Of a DNA stretch of 48,648 nucleotides, positions 1 through 10,564 are shown piece after piece. Under the pieces are notes generated by a model, which saw only the letters and a list, made by a program, of their open reading frames with translations, was not told the origin of the DNA and did no database searches. Positions within the stretch are counted from its first letter, which is position 1. Each line of letters opens with the position of its first letter. The DNA is from Nemertoderma westbladi (Eukaryota; Animalia; Xenacoelomorpha), in NCBI GenBank assembly GCA_032718475.1, contig JAUCBJ010004255.1, positions 1 to 48,648 of the forward strand, in the 5' to 3' direction. Made by a program: the position numbers and the translations under genes.

Positions 1-262
1 GTTGCAAGGATTCGAAATATGTAACAATATCTGAATTTCGTTGAGAAACAGCTGAGATATAGGCGATCAAAGATTGCAAGAATTATCATTCGCTGCAGGC
101 CATTTATTCTATTTAATAAATACACAATGTTCTGGAACATTTTGTTTAAGTATGAATAACTACGCAATAGAGATATTGTATAGGCATATCACTGTTGCCA
201 ACCTACTCATAAAATAAATAACACGTTCTAGAATTTGGTGTATTTATTAAATAGAATAAATG
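1..262. repeat. Partial inverted copy of the 633-1297 element
   Basis: Reverse complement aligns by eye with ~863-1125. Confidence 0.75.
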
Positions 263-632
263 GATAGGATACCGGTCTGCCGGCATGTTTCGTAACTAGG
301 ATGTTACAAATGTCATGTACCTGTAGCTGTAATCTCATTACGATTTGTAGAAAAATTTTGGGGGCGGTATCCAAGTATTTGAATCACGACACTATATTCC
401 ATGGCATATATAATATTATAATATGCATGTTAAAATGTTCAATGGTAAAATATTCTCAACTCACTTAGTTATCGTTATTCATCATTCAACAGTTCAATTC
501 AAACAAATCTAAATAAAGGTACCGGTACACGTACGGAACTGACAGGTCTAGTAGGCCTACTAGACCTACTAGATGTTTAATAATTTACTTTACAGGTGTA
601 GAAAGAAATATCTTATGAGGCACCCCCACTAA

Positions 633-1297
633 CAGTTCCACTCACCGTCGATGACCCCATGAAGCCAGTATTTTAGCCTTGTCTTTTGCGAAATCGCACC
701 CTCCGTATCGTGGCCTAGCCATTCTTCACATTTATCGTAATTTTTTCATATCATTTGAAAGCTTGCGTTGCAAGGATTATAAATATGTAACAATGTTTAA
801 ATTTGTTCAGGATCAGTTGAGATATAGGCGTTTAAAGATTGCAAGAATTATCGTTCGCTGAAGGCCATTTATTCTACTTAATAAATAGGCCTACACAAAA
901 TTCTAGAACGTGTTATTTATTTTATGAGTTGTTAGGCAACAGCGGTATTCCTATCCAATATCTCTATTGCGTAGCTATTCATACTTATACAAAATGTTCC
1001 AGAACATTGTGTATTTTTTAAATAGAATAAAAGGCATCTAGCGAACGATAATTCTTGCGATGCAATCTTTGAACGCCTATATCTGTTTCTCAACGAAATT
1101 CAGATATTGTTACATATTTCGAATCATAAAAAAAATTTAAAGGCAAAATCGAAAATTCCGGCTTCATGGTAACAACCACGGTGAGTTGAACTAGTTGTGT
1201 TTCAAATTTCAAGCAATATGATAAAGAATTGTAGAAAAATCTGGGGGGGGGGGTCCGTGTCATCATAAAATGACACTACATTACGGGTCATGGTGTA
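633..1297. mobile_element. Palindromic (foldback/MITE-like) dispersed repeat
   Basis: 633-670 pairs with 1155-1192, and ~775-900 pairs with ~1005-1125. The right end catggtg|ta resembles a Tc1/mariner terminus. Related copies at 1-262 and 31657-31798. Confidence 0.7.
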
Positions 1298-2714
1298 GAT
1301 ACATATTAACATATACAGTAAATACGATACATATTAAAATGCAGCCAGCGTGCTCATAATTAAATTTGCATAACAGTTTATTTGCACCGTCAACTAACAC
1401 AAACTGAACCATAAAATCCTCTGATTGGTCATCATCCGGATTTTCTTAGCTTTCAAATACATTGTATACAATCCATGAAATTGACAACCGTAGGTACATT
1501 ATCTGATTTAAATCACATTATTTACATCTATTGTAGTATAGGGGATGTAATTTTTGTGGGAACGGAACACCAACTACCAACTACAGTTTGTTACACTATG
1601 ATGACCCGACCATGAGCTGAGGTGGATGCCTTTCACACTGTCAGAATGTAAGGTGTGGAATCGGAGTCTTTGTTCCAGAAACTATTCACATCCCGATGTG
1701 CTGACGACACTTTTGGAACATCGTGTGACATAGGAGTGACATTATTACCAGCCGCCCACAACCTTTGATTGCGGTCTGTCACTACTGTACCGTATTCCAA
1801 ATTATAAAAAAAATTTAAAGAGGCCCCATTTTATATTAGTCCCAGGCCCCAATATGACTACCGGCACTGTTGCTAATAAAACCAAAAAAAGTATAAAACT
1901 TAATGCGTATTTTACATCCTGCCTGCGTCATTAGGTACTGCGACATTAGGTCCTGCATAATACAGTGGTTGTAGCCTATATTTATTTAAAGCTGATTTAA
2001 AGATAAAAGAGCGGGTGGCATGATATTCTAACCAAAAGAATATATGAGAGCCAGTAGCACACATGTTACTGTTAAATTTAATTTTTGCAATCAATTTAGA
2101 AATAATACTTACTTTATTTCACGGACCTAACGACACTCTCAGGGCCTAACGACCCAGAAATTAACGACAAAGGCGCGTTACCGGCCTAACACATAGATAG
2201 GCTGTCAGACAGGAGGTCCGGTCCATCTGCTACCGGTGCTCATTCTAAAAATTGCAGATTTAGCCCATTATTATTCAAATTAGAATTGTCTTCAGTACCA
2301 GTAGAGAGTAGAGGAACTGTTTGTAGGCTACAAAAAGTTTATAGTAATACCCTGACACCGTTATTTCCCGTATTCAGTATAAAATTTCCCCAACGAGGCC
2401 TAATTGCTAATGGGTAATATGACTAGGCGTACCGGTACATATTAATTATTTTCTTGTTTGCGAAAATGTAATTTTCTCTTTGGTTGTTTGGCGTCGACGG
2501 TTGGTCTGGGTTGCATGAGATGTTCAGGTGTACAATTGTTTTCAGGCGGCAATACTGCAATAGTATGGTGGGAATTGTCCGCGTATCTAGCTATACAGAC
2601 AGATTGCTTCGGCTACCGATACTGCGCTATTAGTGTTGTACCGTACTTAACTGTTCAAAGAGCTTCACTTGTATAAGAATAGGAGGTCCCATCTTGTTGC
2701 GCCTTCAATTCGCA

Positions 2715-2755
2715 TCTCTCCGGAGGTCGTGGGTTCGATCCAGGCATGGGGGCGA
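2715..2755 (+). mobile_element. tRNA-derived SINE fragment
   Basis: ccggaggtcgtgggttcgatcc, typical of a variable loop plus T-arm. Confidence 0.4.
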
Positions 2756-2970
2756 TGGTAGTTTTAGTTACGGCGCGAATGCTTGGACGGGACTACCGGT
2801 AGCCAGGGTGCATCGTAGCTAAATTAGTACTGGAGTTTTAATTTGTATCTAATAACTGAGCCTCGTCCTGCGCGATGCCCCCACGAACGTTTATCTAGTA
2901 CGGTATAGGTGATTACATCGTGTCCAGTATAGTTATTTATTTTTTATAGTTTACCAGTATTGTATTGCAG

Positions 2971-3167
2971 GTTGTGGATCTTTTAAATAAAACCGCTCTA
3001 CTACAAAGGGACCCAGAGAAACTAGAGAACCTACACAAAGTCCTCGAGCTAATAACGAAGAAAGAACGAAGTTTATTGGACAGTTTCCTGGAAGAAGTTA
3101 TCGCTTACCAACAAGATAAATCTCCAGATATTAGGAAGTTCGTGGTTGCCTTCATAGAAGAAGCATG
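2971..3167 (+). CDS. SYMPK: Symplekin exon (N-terminal HEAT-repeat region)
   Basis: Acceptor tgtattgcag| and donor TG|gtaagt (phase 2). VVDLLNKTALL...LLDSFLEEVIAYQQDKSPDIRKFVVAFIEEA matches recalled human symplekin VVDLLNQAAL...[32 protein letters not shown]. The upstream start exon was not found. Confidence 0.95.
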
Positions 3168-3277
3168 GTAAGTTTAGAATGATGGAGTGGCTTGTTTATA
3201 GCTGGTGTTTAAACGGGATATGTTGTACCTGCTTTAACGGATAGCGTATATTTAATAGCATATATTTACTTTTTCAG

Positions 3278-3404
3278 CAAAGTCGACAAGGGATTTGTTA
3301 TAAATACAACAATGAACCTGCAAATTCTGTTCCGGGATCCCAACGTTGGCGTCAGGAAGCGTGTGATCCAGGCCTTCATCCACATATACAAACGAGCGTT
3401 AGAG
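3278..3404 (+). CDS. SYMPK: Symplekin exon
   Basis: Acceptor ttttcag|C completes TGC (Cys). KVDKGFVINTTMNLQILFRDPNVGVRKRVIQAFIHIYKRALE aligns to [42 protein letters not shown]. Donor GAG|gtctct, phase 0. Confidence 0.92.
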
Positions 3405-3607
3405 GTCTCTGCTGTTTAATTATTTCTTTATTTTGCCGTTTCCATTTATACGCATAGCTCGTTTGTGTCAGCGTTTTGATAATCGCTATAACTAGCAATA
3501 AGTATTAATCACTAGGACATACTAATAATCCTAAGCTTCCTCATCCACCTTGCCTTCCTATCGGCAAGGTGGATAGCCACCTTGTCCTCATCCACCTTGC
3601 CTTCCTA

Positions 3608-4140
3608 CGGGGTTGAATTTGCGTGACAATTTGCGGCGTGGGGTTGAGTTTGTATGACAATTTGTGGCGTTGGGTTGAGTTTGTGTGACAATTTGCGGCG
3701 TGGGGTTGAGTTTATGTGACAATTTGTGGCGTGGGGTTGAGTTGTGTGACAATTTGCGGCGTGGGGTTGAGTTTATGTGACAATTTGTGGCGTGGGGTTG
3801 AGTTTGTGTGACAATTTGCGGCGTGGGGTTGAGTTTCTGTGACAATTTGCGGCGTAGAGTTGAGTTTGCGTGACAATTTGCGGCGTGGGGTTGAGTTTAT
3901 GTGACAATTTGTGGCGTGGGGTTGAGTTTGTGTGACAATTTGCGGCGTGGGGTTGAGTTTCTGTGACAATTTGCGGCGTAGAGTTGAGTTTGCGTGACAA
4001 TTTGCGGCGTGGGGTTGAGTTTATGTGACAATTTGCGGCTTGGGGTTGAGATTGCGTGACAATTTGTGACTGTGGTCGGGTTTGCCTGACATTTAGTCAC
4101 GGCGGTCGTGTTTGCGTGGCATTTTGTGACGCGAATTTGC
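3608..4140. repeat. 31-bp minisatellite
   Basis: Unit gtgacaatttgcggcgtggggttgagtttgt, about 14 good copies decaying after ~4060. Confidence 0.93.
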
Positions 4141-4499
4141 ATGACATCATTAAATAAAATTAACTTTATTCAACAATTAATGTACTCCATAAGAAATTTA
4201 GTTTTATTCATCTCAGGATTTTATTAGTTTTAACGTTGCAATATTAAAGTTGCCATTTCACAGGGATATAGATCTACGTACACATACATTTGTGTTAATT
4301 TTTTTCATTATTTATTTTTATCTGAAAGTATTCACTGGATTCCAAACATTCCTCATGTTAGACTTCTCTGATAATTGAAATATTCATTGTGACTGATTCA
4401 GTTACACATAGATACGGAATTCAGTTGCATGCCTTGTTTCAAATGTGGTTTCAGAAACTCATTTGATTTTTCAGATCTATAATCGGTATGATGCATTGC

Positions 4500-4668
4500 A
4501 GCATGCCAATCTCCCCGTGAGGCTGCCAAAGCACACGGACGTGCACTGACTGGTTCGCATGGCGAAAGCAATGTCCTACAAAGCGGAAGCGACTCTGTTC
4601 ATAAGTCAAGCTTGGTGGCACTGATGAGACACCTCCAATAATACATAGGGTATGATTGGAGATGTGTT
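4500..4668 (-). mobile_element. Degenerate RTE-clade LINE ORF2 C-terminal fragment
   Basis: Minus-strand translation HISNHTL...EQSRFRFVGHCFRHANQSVHVRVLWQPHG resembles the RTE motif HxxNxxLY...RRLRFAGHCxR...LWxP. Confidence 0.6.
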
Positions 4669-5289
4669 CATTGTCAAAATCGTCAGGCCATTTTTAAGAT
4701 AATATATTTAATAATATATTATTATGTAATACGTAATTTTATTAAAGTTGCCATTCCTCTCTGAATCTCGGAACCCAATCATTCCTCGTCGTCTAGGGGA
4801 TTCTGCGCGTCCCCCATGCCGATGCCCGCCGTTGTTTGGTCAGGCTGATTTCTCCCCTGGTTGTACCGTAGTTAGGCTCCTCTGGTTTATCCTCTCGCCG
4901 TAGCTTCCTGATCACAAATGTATTTGGGTTCAACGCTGCATACGCCATTAGTGGCGTCCACATCGTTAAGCCTAAATTTCTTTAACATGAACCGAAAATC
5001 GGCGTGCCCCTCCTGTTTACGAACTTGTACAACCTCCTGGCTTGAACAAAGGTTGGTAGCCAACCAATACCTTTTATTCATCAGCTCAGCGAGGTACAAG
5101 GCATGTCTCGCCTCACGAATAGTTTATCCTAGGATCGTACTACTACTACTACTATAATCGGCCTGCTGCATTACAGCTGCACATTGTGATGCTGTGCTGG
5201 CTTAACATAACTATTTTTTCTACCATGCAATCCACAATTGACATGCCCCAATGCAGCGTGCATTAAGAATGCTATGCCGATTTATCAAC

Positions 5290-5566
5290 AAAATTGCACC
5301 GCCACAACTCTATCCCCTGTGATGACTTTCGCGAGATTATCCGCATCTTCAAGGCCAGTGTCCTTTAAGAGGCGTCTCAAGACAAGAAAGCCATGGACTG
5401 TCAACCATGCTAATTTCTCTGTGGGGTTGCCAAAGCACAATGTTAATTTCTGATCCTCACCACGAAAGCAATGCCCTGCGCAGCGGAGGCGGCTTTGTTC
5501 AAGTGTCAAGCTTGGGTGGACCAGTGCGAAACCTCCATTGTTATATAGTGTCTGGTTGGAGATATC
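5290..5566 (-). mobile_element. Second degenerate RTE-clade LINE fragment
   Basis: EQSRLRCAGHCFR...RLLKDTGLEDADNLAKV...DR; diverged direct repeat of 4500-4668. Confidence 0.62.
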
Positions 5567-6063
5567 TTTAGTTTAAAAAAAGACCAACACTAGAGGCAGC
5601 AGAGGAGCATTGGGCTCCCTCTAGTGATACTGGGAATAATACTCCTAAAGTAATAAGATCGTGCGTCATACAGGTACAAGGGATGGTACGAATAGATATC
5701 GTGATTATCGAGACGAGGCATATCTCGCTTCACGAATATTCTATATCCTCAACACATTGTTTTGTACTATAGGTACTTATTATCTATTATTGTTTAGATG
5801 CAGTTTGACTGCTACACCGCACCGGTACATTAAACTACTACCACACTGCTAGTGTACTAACTGCTTTACTAACTCTGTCTGTGTAACTAACTCCAGAACT
5901 GTTTATTTATATCTGTAGGTATATATTGTTATACAGTATATGGCTTGTTAATCCATATTGTAGAACATAAACACCATTACAGTACGTTGTCGCCGCCCCG
6001 TAAACCAATTATTTATATGATTTACCCAAATATATAGAATATGTCATCATGTATCATACTGTA

Positions 6064-6874
6064 CTGGGTGTTCCATAATACCCCCCCCCCCCCCCCCCCC
6101 CCCACTGACCAGCCAAAACTGCCAGACATGTACCTTAGTGTAATATATCATTCGAAAGATAATTTAATTCTGAGCTTCATCAACAATTTAGGGTCCAATA
6201 CAAAAGTATACAAATTTTATAGGCTATTCTTTAAACCTATCTTATTTTTCGTTATTTTTGATTTAATCACAATTAAAAAAATATAATTTATCCAGCGTTA
6301 GTCATCAGCTTTACAGCCATGTTTCCCCTTTGCAGCACGGGGAGCTCCTCGATAGTGGCAAAGGATGTTGGCCCTTAAAAGGGCCGTTTTGGTTTGAGTT
6401 CAGTTTGATTATGCCACAGAATCACGACCCTCTCTAAAAGTAACATCCCTGATCCTGTCAACCTTACGTTTTTCTTCAGAGTCATCGAAGATTGCACTGG
6501 AACTTGTCATTTTAATTACTTCTGTTAGGCCTAATTCAGTAAAATTACCAAAGAAACACTAATACCGGTAACTGAATACTGTAATATAATTGCAATACAG
6601 CAAAAAGTCAGGCAGTAATAACTGTTTAAACAGGGCTGCAAATCTGATGACTAACGCTGGATAAATTATATTTTTTTTTAATTGTGATTAAATCACAATA
6701 AATATTGGAAAGTAAGATAGGTTTAAATAATTGCCTATAAAATTTTCCTACTTTTGCATGCAAGCTCATAATTAAATTATCTTTCGAATGATATATTACA
6801 CTAAGGTACATATCTGGCAGTTTTGGCTGGCCAGGGGGGGGGGGGGGGGGGGCAATCATTATGGAACACCTCGG
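6064..6874. mobile_element. Non-autonomous Tc1/mariner-type element (MITE) with ~250-bp terminal inverted repeats
   Basis: ta|ctgggtgttccataat...polyC at the left, polyG...attatggaacacctcgg|ta at the right. Arms 6064-6324 and 6627-6874 are reverse complements (the ORF track shows the same peptide on both strands). TA on both flanks. Confidence 0.85.
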
Positions 6875-7407
6875 TACATAATTATTATTAATAGTGAAAT
6901 CAATATTGGTGACGTATATTGTATAATTAACAATTTACCGGTATCTCCAACCATAATACTTATATTGTATTAGTGTTGCGTTGAAATAAATAAATAAACT
7001 AAATCGCTTTTTATCCCTGGATAAATGATATCTTATGTATTTACTTTTAATCCCATCTGGACAGAAAGAGCAATCTTAATCTTGAAACTTCACCCAATGA
7101 GTGGAATATAAATGTAATAATAAGAATTAAATATTAATTAATAACTGCTTCCAAATTTGAAATTGAACCGGTTGAGTAAATCGCAACCCTATCGGGTTGA
7201 GTAAATATTTTTATATTTTATTTTCTCATGAAGATTATTTCTAATCTCGATTCAACCCGTTGTTTACTGAATTAAATTTATTATTACCGCTACTTGACTT
7301 GACTCTTATATACCATGGAATTTATTGAAAAATATATAATGTAGCGTTTTACTATTCTATTATTAGAGTTTGGTGCCGTTGTCTGTCTGCCAGTCTACTT
7401 CTATATA

Positions 7408-8896
7408 CTTGTTTATCATTGACCCTGACTAGGTGCTGCTTGTTTATCCTTGACCCTGACTAGGTGCTGCTAGTTTATCCTTGACCCTGACTAGGTGCTG
7501 CTTGTTTCTGACTAGGTGCTGCTTGTTTATCCTTGGCCCTGACTAGGTGCTGCTTGTTTATCCTTGACCCTGACTAGGTGCTGCTTGTTTATCCTTGACC
7601 CTGACTAGGTGCTGCTTGTTTATCCTTGACCCTGACTAGGTGCTGCTTGTTTATCCTTGACCCTGACTAGGTGCTGCTTGTTTATCTTTGACCCTGACTA
7701 GGTGCTGCTTGTTTATCCTTGACCCTGACTAGGTGCTGCTTGTTTATCCTTGACCCTGACTAGGTGCTGCTTATTTATCCTTGACCCTCACTAGGTGCTG
7801 CTTGTTTATCCTTGACCCTGACTAGGTGCTGCTTGTTTATCCTTGACCCTGACTAGGTGCTGCTTGTTTATCCTTGACCCTGACTAGGTGCTGCTTGTTT
7901 ATCATTGACCCTGACTAGGTGCTGCTTGTTTATCCTTCACCCTGACTAGGTGCTGCTTGTTTATCCTTGACCCTGACTAGGTGCTGCTTGTTTATCCTTG
8001 ACCCTGACTAGGTGCTGCTTGTTTATCCTTGACCCTGACTAGGTGCTGCTTGTTTATCCTTGACCCTGACTAGGTGCTGCTTGTTTATCGTTGACCCTGA
8101 CTAGGTGCTGCTTGTTTATCCTTGACCCTGACTAGGTGCTGCTTGTTTATCCTTGACCCTGACTAGGTGCTGCTTGTTTATCCTTGACCCTGACTAGGTG
8201 CTGCTTGTTTATCCTTGACCCTGACTAGGTGCTGCTTGTTTATCCTTGACCCTGACTAGGTGCTGCTTGTTTATCCTTGACCCTGACTAGGTGCTACTTG
8301 TTTATCCTTGACCCTGACTAGGTGCTGCTTTTTTATCCTTGTCCCTGACTAGGTGCTGCTTGTTTATCCTTGACCCTGACTAGGTGCTGCTTGTTTATCC
8401 TTGACCTTGACTAGGTGCTGCTTGTTTATCTTTGACCTTGACTAGGTGCTGCTTGTTTATCATTGACCCTGACTAGGTGCTGCTTGTTTATCCTTTACCC
8501 GGACTAGTTGCTGCTTGTTTATCCTTGACCCTGACTAGGTGCTGCTTGTTTATCCTTGACCCTGACTAGGTGCTGCTTGTTTATCCTTGACCTTGACTAG
8601 GTGCTGCTTGTTTATCTTTGACCTTGACTAGGTGCTACTTGTTTATCTTTGACCTTGACTAGGTGCTGCTTGTTTATCCTTGACCCTGACTAGGTGCTGC
8701 TTGTTTATCCTTGACCCTGACTAGGTGCTGCTTGTTTATCATTGACCCTGACTAGGTGCTGCTTGTTTATCCTTGACCCGGACTAGGTGCTGCTTGTTTA
8801 TCCTTGACCCTGACTAGGTGCTGCTTGTTTATCCTTGACCCTGACTAGGTGCTGCTTGTTTATCCTTGACCCTGACTAGGTGCTGCTTGTTTATCC
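7408..8896. repeat. 31-bp minisatellite
   Basis: Unit cttgtttatccttgaccctgactaggtgctg, about 48 copies, ending ~35 nt upstream of the exon at 8931. Confidence 0.96.
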
Positions 8897-8930
8897 CCCA
8901 ACATGTTCATTTTATTATATTTTAACGCAG

Positions 8931-9149
8931 TGGATTGCCAATCAACGCGAACCTTCAGCAAACGTGATATCGGCATGGCTGATAGTCCAGGACATCCAGA
9001 CGCAGATCTGCCTACTGATGGACTCAGACAACGATGGAATCCGGAATCATTCGATCCGGTTCATGGAGTGTTTGGTTATCGTTCTAAGTCCCCGGACAGT
9101 GGATTCGGAAGTCCCCAAGGGGCGAGAACGCGATATATCTCTGGATCAG
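8931..9149 (+). CDS. SYMPK: Symplekin exon
   Basis: Acceptor tttaacgcag|. WIANQREP...[46 protein letters not shown] matches [46 protein letters not shown]. Donor CAG|gtgccg, 73 codons. Confidence 0.93.
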
Positions 9150-9494
9150 GTGCCGATCAACACAACCTCCATTTATATTTGTACAGTAGCGCCCGTATAA
9201 TGATATATAGTCATTATTGTTGTGTGTCTTTGTTTGTTGGTATAATTTATTAAACGCTGGTATAAATGCACTTTTAATCAGCGGCACCTACGGAAGCAAT
9301 GTGCAGCCACACACACACAACCCTCTCTAAGGTTGCGGGAAATAAAATAGCTTTATTTTTTGATAAACTTTGCAACCTATGCACCTTAATCTCCGTTTTT
9401 AACTTTAACAACGAAAACTTAATAATTTTAACTATAAAGTACTTTTACAGAGCTAGTTATTTTTTAGAAACTCGATGAGTCATAATAATTAAAT

Positions 9495-9683
9495 CTTTTG
9501 TTGGGCACAACTTTGCAAAGTCCGCAATTTACTTCCTCATGGCCTCCCATCTGTCTAATACCATCATCTGCTGCCACTGTGCTCAACCCTATAACTTTTG
9601 TCAGACTTCCAACCCGGAGGGCACCAGTTCGATTCCACCTGGACTTCATTATCGACTTTGCCAAAACTGTGCCCAACAAAAAG
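9495..9683. mobile_element. Short inverted-repeat element (MITE or Helentron-derived-like)
   Basis: cttttgttgggcacaactttgcaaagtc ... gactttgccaaaactgtgcccaacaaaaag form ~28-bp inverted ends. The interior includes a tRNA-like B-box fragment. Confidence 0.6.
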
Positions 9684-9899
9684 TTATAATAATATGAAAC
9701 CCACTCATTCACCCATAACCTCAATAATAAATTATTATAATAATTAAATACCGCCCTGTTACTTCAGCATGGCGTCGCATATGCTATTATAATATATGTT
9801 AGTTCTTTCGACGAATCGGGCTACATAAGTGCTAATTCTTTTAACAATTAGCTACACAATTTATCATTAAACATTTCAATTTTGTTGTTTTTATTTTAG

Positions 9900-10101
9900 A
9901 TTCCCAAACAGCATCCAATTCTCCAATATTCTGAACTGAAACAACTTGGCACTCACGCCCTTCAGGATCTATTGACTCTGGTTACCTCACAACACGTGAC
10001 TAGCATTAATCTGATGACTGCATTGACTGCCCTTACTAATATAGCAAAACAAAGACCTACTTATATCGCTATGGTGCTACAGGCCTTTGAGTCCCTTTAT
10101 G
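9900..10101 (+). CDS. SYMPK: Symplekin exon
   Basis: Not in the ORF track. Acceptor ttattttag|. IPKQHPILQYSELKQLGTHALQDLLTLVTSQHVTSINLMTALTALTNIAKQRPTYIAMVLQAFESLY matches IPRDHPYIQY...[34 protein letters not shown]. Donor G|gtaggt, phase 1. Confidence 0.93.
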
Positions 10102-10488
10102 GTAGGTATAGCTAGACTGACAATTTATATTACTTTTATTACAGCAGTAACACATTTATACCGGATACTTTTAATATTCTACCATAATGTGTGAATTGAA
10201 TATCTACCTCTAGGTATTCGGTTACTCATGATTATGTGTTACAGGAGTTCCTTTACAGATTGGTTTCGGTTGAGTTATCTACAACAAACGTATGTGAATC
10301 TCGAGTCAACAATGTTGGAATTCCCAATATCCTGCATCCCATATATCTAGGTTTATTGGCGTTTGGGTAATTAGTAACACTAGGTTTACTGGCTCTAAAT
10401 CTATAAAATATAAATTACACACCAAACAGCGAAACCAAAACACTGTTGGAGTCTCAAGTTGTAGTCATAATTGTAGGCTTTGTATCAG

Positions 10489-10564
10489 TCTGGGCTGGGC
10501 ATGGGGTCGAACTCGGGACCTCCCAACTAGAAGTCAAAGTGATGGACCAATCCACCAGCCAACT
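10489..10564 (-). mobile_element. tRNA-derived SINE head (degenerate)
   Basis: Minus strand tggctggtggattggt...gggaggtcccgagttcgacccc has A-box-like and B-box (GTTCGA) motifs; no intact cloverleaf. Confidence 0.45.

Noticed and set aside
1598-1704. Possible C/D-box snoRNA (ATGATGA ... CTGA ... CTGA)
   Set aside because: No terminal stem or recognisable rRNA-complementary guide by eye; a snoscan or Infernal search would be needed.
3588-4142. Four overlapping minus-strand ORFs with repeated peptides
   Set aside because: They are translations of the 31-bp minisatellite.
4790-5157. GC-richer stretch with short ORFs on both strands
   Set aside because: No recognisable protein similarity, and the symplekin alignment needs no exon here (ALE joins directly to WIAN).
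6041-6973. Poly-Pro/poly-Gly ORFs on both strands
   Set aside because: They come from the polyC/polyG tracts in the MITE inverted repeats.
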